A DNA stretch of 64,000 nt from Nemertoderma westbladi (GCA_032718475.1 JAUCBJ010000375.1:24960-88959), one strand, 5' to 3'; shown: positions 15,226-31,413, counted from the stretch's first letter. Translations and numbers: made by a program. Notes: generated by a model not told the origin, from the sequence alone.

Positions 15226-18200
15226 GCCTGCCCGTGTAAGGCTCAGCACATTCACACACCCATTAAAATAAATTAAGTCCTGCCCGTGTAAGGCTCAGCA
15301 CATACATCCATTAATATAAATTAAGGCCTGCCCGTGTAAGGCTCAGCACATTCACACACCCATTAAAATAAATTAAGTCCTGCCCATGTAAGGCTCAGCA
15401 CATACACCCATTAAAATAAATTAAGTCCTGCCCATGTAAGGCTCAGCACATACACCCATTAAAATAAATTAAGTCCTGCCCGTGTAAGGCTCAGCACATA
15501 CACCCATTAAAATAAATTAAGTCCTGCCCCTGTAAGGCTCAGCACATACACCCATTAAAATAAATTAAGTCCTGTCCGTGTAAGGCTCAGCACATACACC
15601 CATTAAAATAAATTAAGGCCCTCCCTTGTAAGGCTCAGCACATACACCCATTAAAATAAATTAAGTCCTGCCCGTGTAAGGCTCAGCACATACACCCATT
15701 AAAATAAATTAAGGCCCTCCCTTGTAAGGCTCAGCACATACACCCATTAAAATAAATTAAGGCCTGTCCGTGTAAGGCTCAGCACATACACCCATTAAAA
15801 TAAATTAAGTCCTGCCCATGTAAGGCACAGCACATACACCCATTAAAATAAATTAAGGCCCTCCCTTGTAAGGCTCAGCACATACACCCATTAAAATAAA
15901 TTAAGTCCTGCCCCTGTAAGGCTCAGCACATACACCCATTAAAATAAATTAAGTCCTGCCCCTGTAAGGCTCAGCACATACACCCATTAAAATAAATTAA
16001 GTCCTGCCCCTGTAAGGCTCAGCACATACACCCATTAAAATAAATTAAGGCCCTCCCTTGTAAGGCTCAGCACATACATCCATTAAAATAAATTAAGGCC
16101 CTCCCTTGTAAGGCTCAGCACATACACCCATTAAAATAAATTAAGTCCTGCCCGTGTAAGGCTCAGCACATACACCCATTAAAATAAATTAAGTCCTGCC
16201 CCTGTAAGGCACAGCACATACACCCATTAAAATAAATTAAGTCCTGCCCGTGTAAGGCTCAGCACATACACCCATTAAAATATATTAAGGCCCTCCCTTG
16301 TAAGGCTCAGCACATTCACACACCCATTAAAATAAATTAAGTCCTGCCCCTGTAAGGCACAGCACATACACCCATTAATATAAATTAAGGCCTGCCCGTG
16401 TAAGGCTCAGCACATTCACACACCCATTAAAATAAATTAAGTCCTGCCCCTGTAAGGCTCAGCACATACACCCATTAAAATAAATTAAGTCCTGCCCATG
16501 TAAGGCTCAGCACATACATACATTAAAATAAATTAAGGCCTGCCCATGTAAGGCTCAGCAAATACACCCATTAAAATAAATTAAGTCCTGCCCGTGTAAG
16601 GCACAGCACATACACCCATTAAAATAAATTAAGGCCCTCCCTTGTAAGGCTCAGCACATACACCCATTAAAATAAATTAAGGCCCTCCCTTGTAAGGCTC
16701 AGCACATACACCCATTAAAATAAATTAAGGCCTGCCCGTGTAAGGCTCAGCACATACACCCATTAAAATAAATTAAGTCCTGCCCATGTAAGGCACAGCA
16801 CATACATCCATTAATATAAATTAAGGCCTGCCCGTGTAAGGCTCAGCACATTCACACACCCATTAAAATAAATTAAGTCCTGCCCATGTAAGGCTCAGCA
16901 CATACACCCATTAAAATAAATTAAGTCCTGCCCGTGTAAGGCTCAGCACATACACCCATTAAAATAAATTAAGTCCTGCCCGTGTAAGGCTCAGCACATA
17001 CACCCATTAAAATAAATTAAGTCCTGCCCCTGTAAGGCTCAGCACATACACCCATTAAAATAAATTAAGTCCTGTCCCTGTAAGGCTCAGCACATTCACA
17101 CACCCATTAAAATAAATTAAGTCCTGCCCCTGTAAGGCTCAGCACATACACCCATTAAAATAAATTAAGGCCCTCCCTTGTAAGGCTCAGCACATACACC
17201 CATTAAAATAAATTAAGGCCTGCCCGTGTAAGGCTCAGCACATACACCCATTAAAATAAATTAAGTCCTGCCCATGTAAGGCACAGCACATACATCCATT
17301 AATATAAATTAAGGCCTGCCCGTGTAAGGCTCAGCACATTCACACACCCATTAAAATAAATTAAGTCCTGCCCATGTAAGGCTCAGCACATACACCCATT
17401 AAAATAAATTAAGTCCTGCCCCTGTAAGGCTCAGCACATTCACACACCCATTAAAATAAATTAAGTCCTGCCCATGTAAGGCACAGCACATACACCCATT
17501 AATATAAATTAAGGCCTGCCCGTGTAAGGCTCAGCACATTCACACACCCATTAAAATAAATTAAGTCCTGCCCCTGTAAGGCTCAGCACATACACCCATT
17601 AAAATAAATTAAGTCCTGCCCATGTAAGGCACAGCAAATACACCCATTAAAATAAATTAAGTCCTGCCCATGTAAGGCTCAGCAAATACACCCATTAAAA
17701 TAAATTAAGTCCTGCCCGTGTAAGGCTCAGCACATACACCCATTAAAATAAATTAAGTCCTGCCCCTGTAAGGCTCAGCAAATACACCCATTAAAATAAA
17801 TTAAGTCCTGCCCATGTAAGGCTCAGCAAATACACCCATTAAAATAAATTAAGTCCTGCCCGTGTAAGGCTCAGCACATACACCCATTAAAATAAATTAA
17901 GTCCTGCCCATGTAAGGCTCAGCAAATACACCCATTAAAATAAATTAAGTCCTGCCCGTGTAAGGCTCAGCACATACACCCATTAAAATAAATTAAGTCC
18001 TGCCCATGTAAGGCTCAGCAAATACACCCATTAAAATAAATTAAGTCCTGCCCATGTAAGGCTCAGCACATACACCCATTAAAATAAATTAAGTCCTGCC
18101 CGTGTAAGGCTCAGCACATACACCCATTAAAATAAATTAAGTCCTGCCCATGTAAGGCTCAGCACATACACCCATTAAAATAAATTAAGTCCTGCCCGTG

Positions 18201-21093
18201 TAAGGCTCAGCACATACACCCATTAAAATAAATTAAGTCCTGCCCATGTAAGGCACAGCACATACACCCATTAATATAAATTAAGGCCTGCCCGTGTAAG
18301 GCTCAGCACATACACCCATTAAAATAAATTAAGTCCTGCCCTTGTAAGGCTCAGCACATACATCCATTAAAATAAATTAAGGCCCTCCCTTGTAAGGCTC
18401 AGCACATACACCCATTAAAATAAATTAAGGCCCTCCCTTGTAAGGCTCAGCACATACATCCATTAAAATAAATTAAGTCCTGCCCTTGTAAGGCTCAGCA
18501 CATACATCCATTAAAATAAATTAAGGCCCTCCCTTGTAAGGCTCAGCACATACACCCATTAAAATAAATTAAGTCCTGCCCGTGTAAGGCTCAGCACATA
18601 CACCCATTAAAATAAATTAAGGCCCTCCCTTGTAAGGCTCAGCACATACACCCATTAAAATAAATTAAGTCCTGCCCATGTAAGGCACAGCACATACACC
18701 CATTAATATAAATTAAGGCCTGCCCGTGTAAGGCTCAGCACATACACCCATTAAAATAAATTAAGTCCTGCCCGTGTAAGGCTCAGCACATACATCCATT
18801 AAAATAAATTAAGTCCTGCCCTTGTAAGGCTCAGCACATACATCCATTAAAATAAATTAAGGCCCTCCCTTGTAAGGCTCAGCACATACACCCATTAAAA
18901 TAAATTAAGGCCCTCCCTTGTAAGGCTCAGCACATACATCCATTAAAATAAATTAAGTCCTGCCCTTGTAAGGCTCAGCACATACATCCATTAAAATAAA
19001 TTAAGGCCCTCCCTTGTAAGGCTCAGCACATACACCCATTAAAATAAATTAAGTCCTGCCCATGTAAGGCTCAGCAAATACACCCATTAAAATAAATTAA
19101 GTCCTGCCCGTGTAAGGCTCAGCACATACATCCATTAAAATAAATTAAGTCCTGCCCCTGTAAGGCTCAGCAGATACATCCATTAAAATAAATTAAGTCC
19201 TGCCCTTGTAAGGCTCAGCACATACACCCATTAATATAAATTAAGTCCTGCCCGTGAAAGGCTCAGCACACACACCCATTAAAATAAATTAAGGCCCTCC
19301 CTTGTAAGGCTCAGCACATTCACACACCCATTAAAATAAATTAAGGCCCTCCCTTGTAAGGCTCAGCACATTCACACACCCATTAAAATAAATTAAGGCC
19401 CTCCCTTGTAAGGCTCAGCACATACACCCATTAAAATAAATTAAGTCCTGCCCGTGTAAGGCTCAGCACATACACCCATTAATATAAATTAAGGCCCTCC
19501 CTTGTAAGGCTCAGCACATACACCCATTAAAATAAATTAAGGCCCTCCCTTGTAAGGCTCAGCACATACACCCATTAAAATAAATTAAGTCCTGTCCCTG
19601 TAAGGCTCAGCACATACACCCATTAAAATAAATTAAGGCCCTCCCTTGTAAGGCTCAGCACATACACCCATTAAAATAAATTAAGGCCCTCCCTTGTAAG
19701 GCTCAGCACATACACCCATTAAAATAAATTAAGGCCCTCCCTTGTAAGGCTCAGCAGATACACCCATTAAAATAAATTAAGTCCTGTCCCTGTAAGGCTC
19801 AGCACATACACCCATTAAAATAAATTAAGGCCCTCCCTTGTAAGGCTCAGCACATACACCCATTAAAATAAATTAAGTCCTGTCCCTGTAAGGCTCAGCA
19901 CATACACCCATTAAAATAAATTAAGGCCCTCCCTTGTAAGGCTCAGCACATACACCCATTAAAATAAATTAAGGCCCTCCCTTGTAAGGCTCAGCACATA
20001 CACCCATTAAAATAAATTAAGGCCCTCCCTTGTAAGGCTCAGCAGATACACCCATTAAAATAAATTAAGTCCTGTCCCTGTAAGGCTCAGCACATACACC
20101 CATTAAAATAAATTAAGGCCCTCCCTTGTAAGGCTCAGCACATACACCCATTAATATAAATTAAGTCCTGCCCGTGAAAGGCTCAGCACACACACCCATT
20201 AAAATAAATTAAGGCCCTCCCTTGTAAGGCTCAGCACATTCACACACCCATTAAAATAAATTAAGGCCCTCCCTTGTAAGGCTCAGCACATACACCCATT
20301 AAAATAAATTAAGGCCCTCCCTTGTAAGGCTCAGGATGTACACCCATTAAAATAAATTAAGGCCCTCCCTTGTAAGGCTCAGCACATACATCCATTAAAA
20401 TAAATTAAGGCCCTCCCTTGTAAGGCTCAGCACATACATCCATTAAAATAAATTAAGTCCTGCCCGTGTAAGGCTCAGCACATACACCCATTAAAATAAA
20501 TTAAGGCCTGCCCGTGTAAGGCACAGCACATACACCCATTAATATAAATTAAGGCCCTCCCTTGTAAGGCTCAGCACATACACCCATTAAAATAAATTAA
20601 GGCCCTCCCTTGTAAGGCTCAGCACATACACCCATTAAAATAAATTAAGTCCTGTCCCTGTAAGGCTCAGCACATACACCCATTAAAATAAATTAAGGCC
20701 CTCCCTTGTAAGGCTCAGCACATACACCCATTAAAATAAATTAAGGCCCTCCCTTGTAAGGCTCAGCACATACACCCATTAAAATAAATTAAGGCCCTCC
20801 CTTGTAAGGCTCAGCAGATACACCCATTAAAATAAATTAAGTCCTGTCCCTGTAAGGCTCAGCACATACACCCATTAAAATAAATTAAGGCCCTCCCTCC
20901 CTTGTAAGGCTCAGCACATACACCCATTAAAATAAATTAAGTCCTGTCCCTGTAAGGCTCAGCACATACACCCATTAAAATAAATTAAGGCCCTCCCTTG
21001 TAAGGCTCAGCACATTCACACACCCATTAAAATAAATTAAGGCCCTCCCTTGTAAGGCTCAGCACATTCACACACCCATTAAAATAAATTAAG
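15226..21093. repeat. Domain enriched in 52-bp units (+TCAC insertion, GCACATTCACACACCC)
   Basis: 52-bp units start at 15226, 15326, 16290, 16390, 16826, 17070, 17314, 17414, 17514, 19294, 19346, 20214, 20990 and 21042. A +CCCT unit starts at 20890. Confidence 0.9.
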
Positions 21094-24000
21094 GCCCTCC
21101 CTTGTAAGGCTCAGCACATACATCCATTAAAATAAATTAAGTCCTGCCCGTGTAAGGCTCAGCACATACACCCATTAAAATAAATTAAGGCCTGCCCGTG
21201 TAAGGCACAGCACATACACCCATTAATATAAATTAAGGCCCTCCCTTGTAAGGCTCAGCACATACACCCATTAAAATAAATTAAGGCCCTCCCTTGTAAG
21301 GCTCAGCAGATACATCCATTAAAATAAATTAAGTCCTGCCCGTGTAAGGCTCAGCACATACACCCATTAAAATAAATTAAGGCCCTCCCTTGTAAGGCTC
21401 AGCACATACACCCATTAAAATAAATTAAGGCCCTCCCTTGTAAGGCTCAGCACATACACCCATTAAAATAAATTAAGGCCTGCCCGTGTAAGGCTCAGCA
21501 CACACACCCATTAAAATAAATTAAGTCCTGCCCGTGTAAGGCTCAGCACATACACCCATTAAAATAAATTAAGGCCCTCCCTTGTAAGGCTCAGCACATA
21601 CATCCATTAAAATAAATTAAGGCCCTCCCTTGTAAGGCTCAGCACATACACCCATTAAAATAAATTAAGGCCCTCCCTTGTAAGGCTCAGCACATACACC
21701 CATTAAAATAAATTAAGGCCCTCCCTTGTAAGGCTCAGCACATACATCCATTAAAATAAATTAAGTCCTGCCCGTGTAAGGCTCAGCACATACACCCATT
21801 AAAATAAATTAAGGCCCTCCCTTGTAAGGCTCAGCACATACACCCATTAAAATAAATTAAGTCCTGCCCGTGTAAGGCTCAGCACATACACCCATTAAAA
21901 TAAATTAAGGCCCTCCCTTGTAAGGCTCAGCACATACACCCATTAAAATAAATTAAGGCCCTCCCTTGTAAGGCTCAGCACATACACCCATTAAAATAAA
22001 TTAAGTCCTGCCCGTGTAAGGCTCAGCACATACACCCATTAAAATAAATTAAGGCCCTCCCTTGTAAGGCTCAGCACATACACCCATTAAAATAAATTAA
22101 GGCCCTCCCTTGTAAGGCTCAGCACATACACCCATTAAAATAAATTAAGTCCTGCCCGTGTAAGGCTCAGCACATACATCCATTAAAATAAATTAAGTCC
22201 TGCCCGTGTAAGGCTCAGCACATACATCCATTAAAATAAATTAAGTCCTGTCCCTGTAAGGCTCAGCACATACACCCATTAAAATAAATTAAGTCCTGCC
22301 CGTGTAAGGCTCAGCAGATACACCCATTAATATAAATTAAGTCCTGCCCGTGTAAGGCTCAGCAGATACATCCATTAAAATAAATTAAGTCCTGCCCTTG
22401 TAAGGCTCAGCACATACACCCATTAATATAAATTAAGGCCCTCCCTTGTAAGGCTCAGCACATACACCCATTAAAATAAATTAAGGCCCTCCCTTGTAAG
22501 GCTCAGCAGATACACCCATTAAAATAAATTAAGGCCCTCCCTTGTAAGGCTCAGCAGATACACCCATTAAAATAAATTAAGGCCCTCCCTTGTAAGGCTC
22601 AGCACATACATCCATTAAAATAAATTAAGTCCTGCCCCTGTAAGGCTCAGCACATACACCCATTAATATAAATTAAGGCCCTCCCTTGTAAGGCTCAGCA
22701 CATACACCCATTAAAATAAATTAAGGCCCTCCCTTGTAAGGCTCAGCAGATACACCCATTAAAATAAATTAAGGCCCTCCCTTGTAAGGCTCAGCACATA
22801 CACCCATTAAAATAAATTAAGGCCCTCCCTTGTAAGGCTCAGCACATACACCCATTAAAATAAATTAAGGCCCTCCCTTGTAAGGCTCAGCACATACACC
22901 CATTAAAATAAATTAAGGCCCTCCCTTGTAAGGCTCAGCACATACACCCATTAAAATAAATTAAGGCCCTCCCTTGTAAGGCTCAGCACATACACCCATT
23001 AAAATAAATTAAGTCCTGCCCGTGTAAGGCACAGCACATACACCCATTAATATAAATTAAGGCCCTCCCTTGTAAGGCTCAGCACATACATCCATTAAAA
23101 TAAATTAAGGCCCTCCCTTGTAAGGCTCAGCACATACATCCATTAATATAAATTAAGGCCCTCCCTTGTAAGGCTCAGCACATACACCCATTAAAATAAA
23201 TTAAGTCCTGCCCCTGTAAGGCTCAGCACATACATCCATTAAAATAAATTAAGGCCCTCCCTTGTAAGGCTCAGCACATACATCCATTAATATAAATTAA
23301 GGCCCTCCCTTGTAAGGCTCAGCACATACATCCATTAATATAAATTAAGGCCCTCCCTTGTAAGGCTCAGCACATACATCCATTAAAATAAATTAAGGCC
23401 CTCCCTTGTAAGGCTCAGCACATACATCCATTAATATAAATTAAGGCCCTCCCTTGTAAGGCTCAGCACATACACCCATTAAAATAAATGAAGGCCTGCC
23501 CGTGTAAGGCTCAGCACATACACCCATTAAAATAAATTAAGGCCCTCCCTTGTAAGGCTCAGCACATACATCCATTAAAATAAATTAAGGCCCTCCCTTG
23601 TAAGGCTCAGCAGATACACCCATTAAAATAAATTAAGTCCTGCCCGTGTAAGGCTCAGCAGATACACCCATTAAAATAAATTAAGGCCCTCCCTTGTAAG
23701 GCTCAGCACATACATCCATTAAAATAAATTAAGTCCTACCCGGGTAAGGCTCAGCACATACACCCATTAAAATAAATTAAGGCCCTCCCTTGTAAGGCTC
23801 AGCACATACATCCATTAAAATAAATTAAGTCCTACCCGGGTAAGGCTCAGCACATACACCCATTAAAATAAATTAAGGCCCTCCCTTGTAAGGCTCAGCA
23901 CATACACCCATTAAAATAAATTAAGTCCTGCCCGTGTAAGGCTCAGCACACACACCCATTAAAATAAATTAAGTCCTACCCGGGTAAGGCTCAGCACATA

Positions 24001-27000
24001 CACCCATTAAAATAAATTAAGGCCCTCCCTTGTAAGGCTCAGCACATACATCCATTAAAATAAATTAAGTCCTACCCGGGTAAGGCTCAGCACATACACC
24101 CATTAAAATAAATTAAGGCCCTCCCTTGTAAGGCTCAGCACATACATCCATTAAAATAAATTAAGTCCTACCCGGGTAAGGCTCAGCACATACACCCATT
24201 AAAATAAATTAAGGCCCTCCCTTGTAAGGCTCAGCAGATACACCCATTAAAATAAATTAAGTCCTGCCCGTGTAAGGCACAGCACATACACCCATTAAAA
24301 TATATTAAGGCCCTCCCTTGTAAGGCTCAGCAGATACACCCATTAAAATAAATTAAGTCCTGCCCGTGTAAGGCTCAGCAGATACACCCATTAAAATAAA
24401 TTAAGGCCCTCCCTTGTAAGGCTCAGCACATACATCCATTAAAATAAATTAAGGCCCTCCCTTGTAAGGCTCAGCACATACACCCATTAAAATAAATTAA
24501 GTCCTGCCCCTGTAAGGCTCAGCACATACACCCATTAATATAAATTAAGGCCCTCCCTTGTAAGGCACAGCACATACACCCATTAAAATAAATTAAGGCC
24601 CTCCCTTGTAAGGCTCAGCAGATACACCCATTAAAATAAATTAAGTCCTGCCCGTGTAAGGCTCAGCACATACACCCATTAAAATAAATTAAGGCCCTCC
24701 CTTGTAAGGCACAGCACATACACCCATTAAAATAAATTAAGGCCCTCCCTTGTAAGGCTCAGCAGATACACCCATTAAAATAAATTAAGGCCCTCCCTTG
24801 TAAGGCTCAGCAGATACACCCATTAAAATAAATTAAGTCCTGCCCTTGTAAGGCACAGCACACACACCCATTAAAATAAATTAAGTCCTGCCCGTGTAAG
24901 GCTCAGCACATACACCCATTAAAATAAATTAAGGCCCTCCCTTGTAAGGCTCAGCACATACACCCATTAATATAAATTAAGGCCTGCCCCTGTAAGGCTC
25001 AGCACATACACCCATTCAAATAAATTAAGGCCCTCCCTTGTAAGGCTCAGCACATACACCCATTAAAATAAATTAAGGCCCTCCCTTGTAAGGCTCAGCA
25101 CATACATCCATTAAAATAAATTAAGGCCTGCCCGTGTAAGGCTCAGCACATACACCCATTAAAATAAATTAAGGCCCTCCCTTGTAAGGCTCAGGATGTA
25201 CACCCATTAAAATAAATTAAGGCCCTCCCTTGTAAGGCTCAGCACATACATCCATTAAAATAAATTAAGGCCCTCCCTTGTAAGGCTCAGCACATACATC
25301 CATTAAAATAAATTAAGGCCTGCCCGTGTAAGGCTCAGCACATACACCCATTAAAATAAATTAAGGCCCTCCCTTGTAAGGCTCAGCACATACACCCATT
25401 AATATAAATTAAGGCCCTCCCTTGTAAGGCTCAGGATGTACACCCATTAAAATAAATTAAGGCCCTCCCTTGTAAGGCTCAGCACATACATCCATTAAAA
25501 TAAATTAAGGCCCTCCCTTGTAAGGCTCAGCACATACATCCATTAAAATAAATTAAGGCCTGCCCGTGTAAGGCTCAGCACATACACCCATTAAAATAAA
25601 TTAAGGCCCTCCCTTGTAAGGCTCAGCACATACACCCATTAATATAAATTAAGGCCTGCCCTTGTAAGGCTCAGCACATACACCCATTAAAATAAATTAA
25701 GTCCTGCCCGTGTAAGGCTCAGCACATACACCCATTAAAATAAATTAAGGCCCTCCCTTGTAAGGCTCAGCACATACACCCATTAAAATAAATTAAGGCC
25801 TGCCCTTGTAAGGCTCAGCACATACACCCATTAAAATAAATTAAGTCCTGCCCGTGTAAGGCTCAGCACATACACCCATTAAAATAAATTAAGGCCCTCC
25901 CTTGTAAGGCTCAGCACATACACCCATTAAAATAAATTAAGGCCTGCCCTTGTAAGGCTCAGCACATACACCCATTAAAATAAATTAAGGCCTGCCCGTG
26001 TAAGGCTCAGCACATACACCCATTAAAATAAATTAAGGCCCTCCCTTGTAAGGCTCAGCACATACACCCATTAATATAAATTAAGGCCTGCCCTTGTAAG
26101 GCTCAGCACATACACCCATTAAAATAAATTAAGGCCTGCCCTTGTAAGGCTCAGCACATACACCCATTAAAATAAATTAAGTCCTGCCCGTGTAAGGCTC
26201 AGCACATACACCCATTAAAATAAATTAAGGCCCTCCCTTGTAAGGCTCAGCACATACACCCATTAATATAAATTAAGGCCTGCCCTTGTAAGGCTCAGCA
26301 CATACACCCATTAAAATAAATTAAGGCCCTCCCTTGTAAGGCTCAGCAGATACACCCATTAAAATAAATTAAGGCCTGCCCGTGTAAGGCTCAGCACATA
26401 CACCCATTAAAATAAATTAAGGCCCTCCCTTGTAAGGCTCAGCACATACACCCATTAATATAAATTAAGGCCTGCCCTTGTAAGGCTCAGCACATACACC
26501 CATTAAAATAAATTAAGGCCTGCCCGTGTAAGGCTCAGCACATACACCCATTAAAATAAATTAAGGCCCTCCCTTGTAAGGCTCAGCACATACACCCATT
26601 AAAATAAATTAAGGCCCTCCCTTGTAAGGCTCAGGATGTACACCCATTAAAATAAATTAAGGCCCTCCCTTGTAAGGCTCAGCACATACATCCATTAAAA
26701 TAAATTAAGGCCCTCCCTTGTAAGGCTCAGCACATACATCCATTAAAATAAATTAAGGCCTGCCCGTGTAAGGCTCAGCACATACACCCATTAAAATAAA
26801 TTAAGGCCCTCCCTTGTAAGGCTCAGCACATACACCCATTAATATAAATTAAGGCCTGCCCTTGTAAGGCTCAGCACATACACCCATTAAAATAAATTAA
26901 GTCCTGCCCGTGTAAGGCTCAGCACATACACCCATTAAAATAAATTAAGGCCCTCCCTTGTAAGGCTCAGCACATACACCCATTAAAATAAATTAAGGCC

Positions 27001-30000
27001 CTCCCTTGTAAGGCTCAGCACATACATCCATTAAAATAAATTAAGGCCTGCCCGTGTAAGGCTCAGCACATACATCCATTAAAATAAATTAAGGCCCTCC
27101 CTTGTAAGGCTCAGCACATACATCCATTAAAATAAATTAAGGCCTGCCCGTGTAAGGCTCAGCACATACATCCATTAAAATAAATTAAGGCCTGCCCGTG
27201 TAAGGCTCAGCACATACATCCATTAAAATAAATTAAGGCCCTCCCTTGTAAGGCTCAGCACATACATCCATTAAAATAAATTAAGGCCTGCCCGTGTAAG
27301 GCTCAGCACATACATCCATTAAAATAAATTAAGTCCTGCCCGTGTAAGGCTCAGCACATACACCCATTAAAATAAATTAAGGCCCTCCCTTGTAAGGCTC
27401 AGCACATACACCCATTAAAATAAATTAAGGCCTACCCGGGTAAGGCTCAGCACATACACCCATTAAAATAAATTAAGTCCTGCCCGTGTAAGGCTCAGCA
27501 CATACACCCATTAAAATAAATTAAGGCCTGCCCGTGTAAGGCTCAGCACATACACCCATTAAAATAAATTAAGTCCTACCCGGGTAAGGCTCAGCACATA
27601 CACCCATTAAAATAAATTAAGTCCTGCCCGTGTAAGGCTCAGCACATACACCCATTAAAATAAATTAAGGCCCTCCCTTGTAAGGCTCAGCAGATACACC
27701 CATTAAAATAAATTAAGGCCCTCCCTTGTAAGGCTCAGCAGATACACCCATTAAAATAAATTAAGGCCCTCCCTTGTAAGGCTCAGCACATACACCCATT
27801 AAAATAAATTAAGGCCCTCCCTTGTAAGGCTCAGCACATACACCCATTAAAATAAATTAAGGCCCTCCCTTGTAAGGCTCAGCAGATACACCCATTAAAA
27901 TAAATTAAGGCCCTCCCTTGTAAGGCTCAGCACATACACCCATTAAAATAAATTAAGGCCCTCCCTTGTAAGGCTCAGCACATACACCCATTAAAATAAA
28001 TTAAGGCCCTCCCTTGTAAGGCTCAGCACATACACCCATTAAAATAAATTAAGTCCTGCCCGTGTAAGGCTCAGCACATACATCCATTAAAATAAATTAA
28101 GGCCCTCCCTTGTAAGGCTCAGCACATACATCCATTAAAATAAATTAAGGCCTGCCCGTGTAAGGCTCAGCACATACACCCATTAAAATAAATTAAGTCC
28201 TGCCCGTGTAAGGCTCAGCACATACACCCATTAAAATAAATTAAGGCCCTCCCTTGTAAGGCTCAGCACATACACCCATTAAAATAAATTAAGGCCTACC
28301 CGGGTAAGGCTCAGCACATACACCCATTAAAATAAATTAAGTCCTGCCCGTGTAAGGCTCAGCACATACACCCATTAAAATAAATTAAGTCCTGCCCGTG
28401 TAAGGCTCAGCACATACACCCATTAAAATAAATTAAGGCCTGCCCGTGTAAGGCTCAGCACATACACCCATTAAAATAAATTAAGGCCCTCCCTTGTAAG
28501 GCTCAGCACATACACCCATTAAAATAAATTAAGTCCTGCCCGTGTAAGGCTCAGCACATACACCCATTAAAATAAATTAAGGCCTGCCCGTGTAAGGCTC
28601 AGCACATACACCCATTAAAATAAATTAAGGCCCTCCCTTGTAAGGCTCAGCACATACACCCATTAAAATAAATTAAGTCCTGCCCGTGTAAGGCTCAGCA
28701 CATACACCCATTAAAATAAATTAAGTCCTGCCCGTGTAAGGCTCAGCAGATACACCCATTAAAATAAATTAAGGCCCTCCCTTGTAAGGCTCAGCACATA
28801 CACCCATTAAAATAAATTAAGTCCTGCCCGTGTAAGGCTCAGCACATACACCCATTAAAATAAATTAAGTCCTGCCCGTGTAAGGCTCAGCAGATACACC
28901 CATTAAAATAAATTAAGTCCTGCCCGTGTAAGGCACAGCACATACACCCATTAAAATAAATTAAGGCCTGCCCGTGTAAGGCTCAGCACATACACCCATT
29001 AAAATAAATTAAGGCCCTCCCTTGTAAGGCTCAGCACATACACCCATTAAAATAAATTAAGGCCCTCCCTTGTAAGGCTCAGCAGATACACCCATTAAAA
29101 TATATTAAGGCCCTCCCTTGTAAGGCTCAGCACATACATCCATTAAAATATATTAAGGCCCTCCCTTGTAAGGCTCAGCAGATACATCCATTAAAATAAA
29201 TTAAGTCCTGCCCGTGTAAGGCTCAGCACATACACCCATTAAAATAAATTAAGGCCCTCCCTTGTAAGGCTCAGCACATACATCCATTAAAATATATTAA
29301 GGCCCTCCCTTGTAAGGCTCAGCAGATACACCCATTAATATAAATTAAGTCCTGCCCGTGTAAGGCACAGCACATACACCCATTAAAATAAATTAAGGCC
29401 CTCCCTTGTAAGGCTCAGCAAGTAAACCCATTAAAATAAATTAAGGCCCTCCCTTGTAAGGCTCAGCAGATACACCCATTAATATAAATTAAGTCCTGCC
29501 CGTGTAAGGCACAGCACATACACCCATTAAAATAAATTAAGGCCCTCCCTTGTAAGGCTCAGCAAGTAAACCCATTAAAATAAATTAAGGCCCTCCCTTG
29601 TAAGGCTCAGCACATACATCCATTAAAATAAATTAAGGCCCTCCCTTGTAAGGCACAGCACATACATCCATTAAAATAAATTAAGGCCTGCCCGTGTAAG
29701 GCTCAGCACATACACCCATTAAAATAAATTAAGGCCCTCCCTTGTAAGGCTCAGCAAGTAAACCCATTAAAATAAATTAAGGCCCTCCCTTGTAAGGCTC
29801 AGCAGATACACCCATTAAAATAAATTAAGGCCCTCCCTTGTAAGGCTCAGCACATACATCCATTAAAATATATTAAGGCCCTCCCTTGTAAGGCTCAGCA
29901 CATACATCCATTAAAATAAATTAAGGCCCTCCCTTGTAAGGCTCAGCAGATACACCCATTAAAATAAATTAAGGCCCTCCCTTGTAAGGCTCAGCACATA

Positions 30001-31413
30001 CATCCATTAAAATATATTAAGGCCCTCCCTTGTAAGGCTCAGCACATACACCCATTAATATAAATTAAGTCCTGCCCGTGTAAGGCTCAGCACATACACC
30101 CATTAAAATAAATTAAGTCCTGCCCGTGTAAGGCTCAGCACATACACCCATTAAAATATATTAAGGCCCTCCCTTGTAAGGCTCAGCAGATACACCCATT
30201 AATATAAATTAAGTCCTGTCCCTGTAAGGCTCAGCACATACACCCATTAAAATAAATTAAGGCCCTCCCTTGTAAGGCTCAGCACATACACCCATTAATA
30301 TAAATTAAGTCCTGTCCCTGTAAGGCTCAGCACATACACCCATTAAAATAAATTAAGGCCCTCCCTTGTAAGGCTCAGCACATACACCCATTAAAATAAA
30401 TTAAGGCCCTCCCTTGTAAGGCTCAGCACATACATCCATTAAAATAAATTAAGGCCTGCCCGTGTAAGGCTCAGCACATACACCCATTAAAATAAATTAA
30501 GTCCTGCCCGTGTAAGGCACAGCACATACACCCATTAATATAAATTAAGTCCTGTCCCTGTAAGGCTCAGCACATACACCCATTAAAATAAATTAAGGCC
30601 CTCCCTTGTAAGGCTCAGCACATACACCCATTAAAATAAATTAAGGCCCTCCCTTGTAAGGCTCAGCACATACATCCATTAAAATAAATTAAGGCCTGCC
30701 CGTGTAAGGCTCAGCACATACACCCATTAAAATAAATTAAGGCCTGCCCGTGTAAGGCTCAGCACATACATCCATTAAAACAAATTAAGGCCCTCCCTTG
30801 TAAGGCTCAGCAAGTAAACCCATTAAAATAAATTAAGGCCCTCCCTTGTAAGGCTCAGCACATACACCCATTAAAATAAATTAAGGCCCTCCCTTGTAAG
30901 GCTCAGCACATACATCCATTAAAATAAATTAAGGCCTGCCCGTGTAAGGCTCAGCACATACACCCATTAAAATAAATTAAGGCCCTCCCTTGTAAGGCTC
31001 AGCACATACACCCATTAAAATAAATTAAGTCCTGCCCGTGTAAGGCTCAGCACATACACCCATTAAAATAAATTAAGGCCCTCCCTTGTAAGGCTCAGCA
31101 CATACATCCATTAAAATAAATTAAGGCCTGCCCGTGTAAGGCTCAGCACATACATCCATTAAAATAAATTAAGGCCTGCCCGTGTAAGGCTCAGCACATA
31201 CACCCATTAAAATAAATTAAGGCCCTCCCTTGTAAGGCTCAGCACATACATCCATTAAAATAAATTAAGGCCTGCCCGTGTAAGGCTCAGCACATACACC
31301 CATTAAAATAAATTAAGGCCTGCCCGTGTAAGGCTCAGCACATACATCCATTAAAATAAATTAAGGCCCTCCCGTGTAAGGCTCAGCATGTACACCCCTT
31401 AAAATAAATTAAG

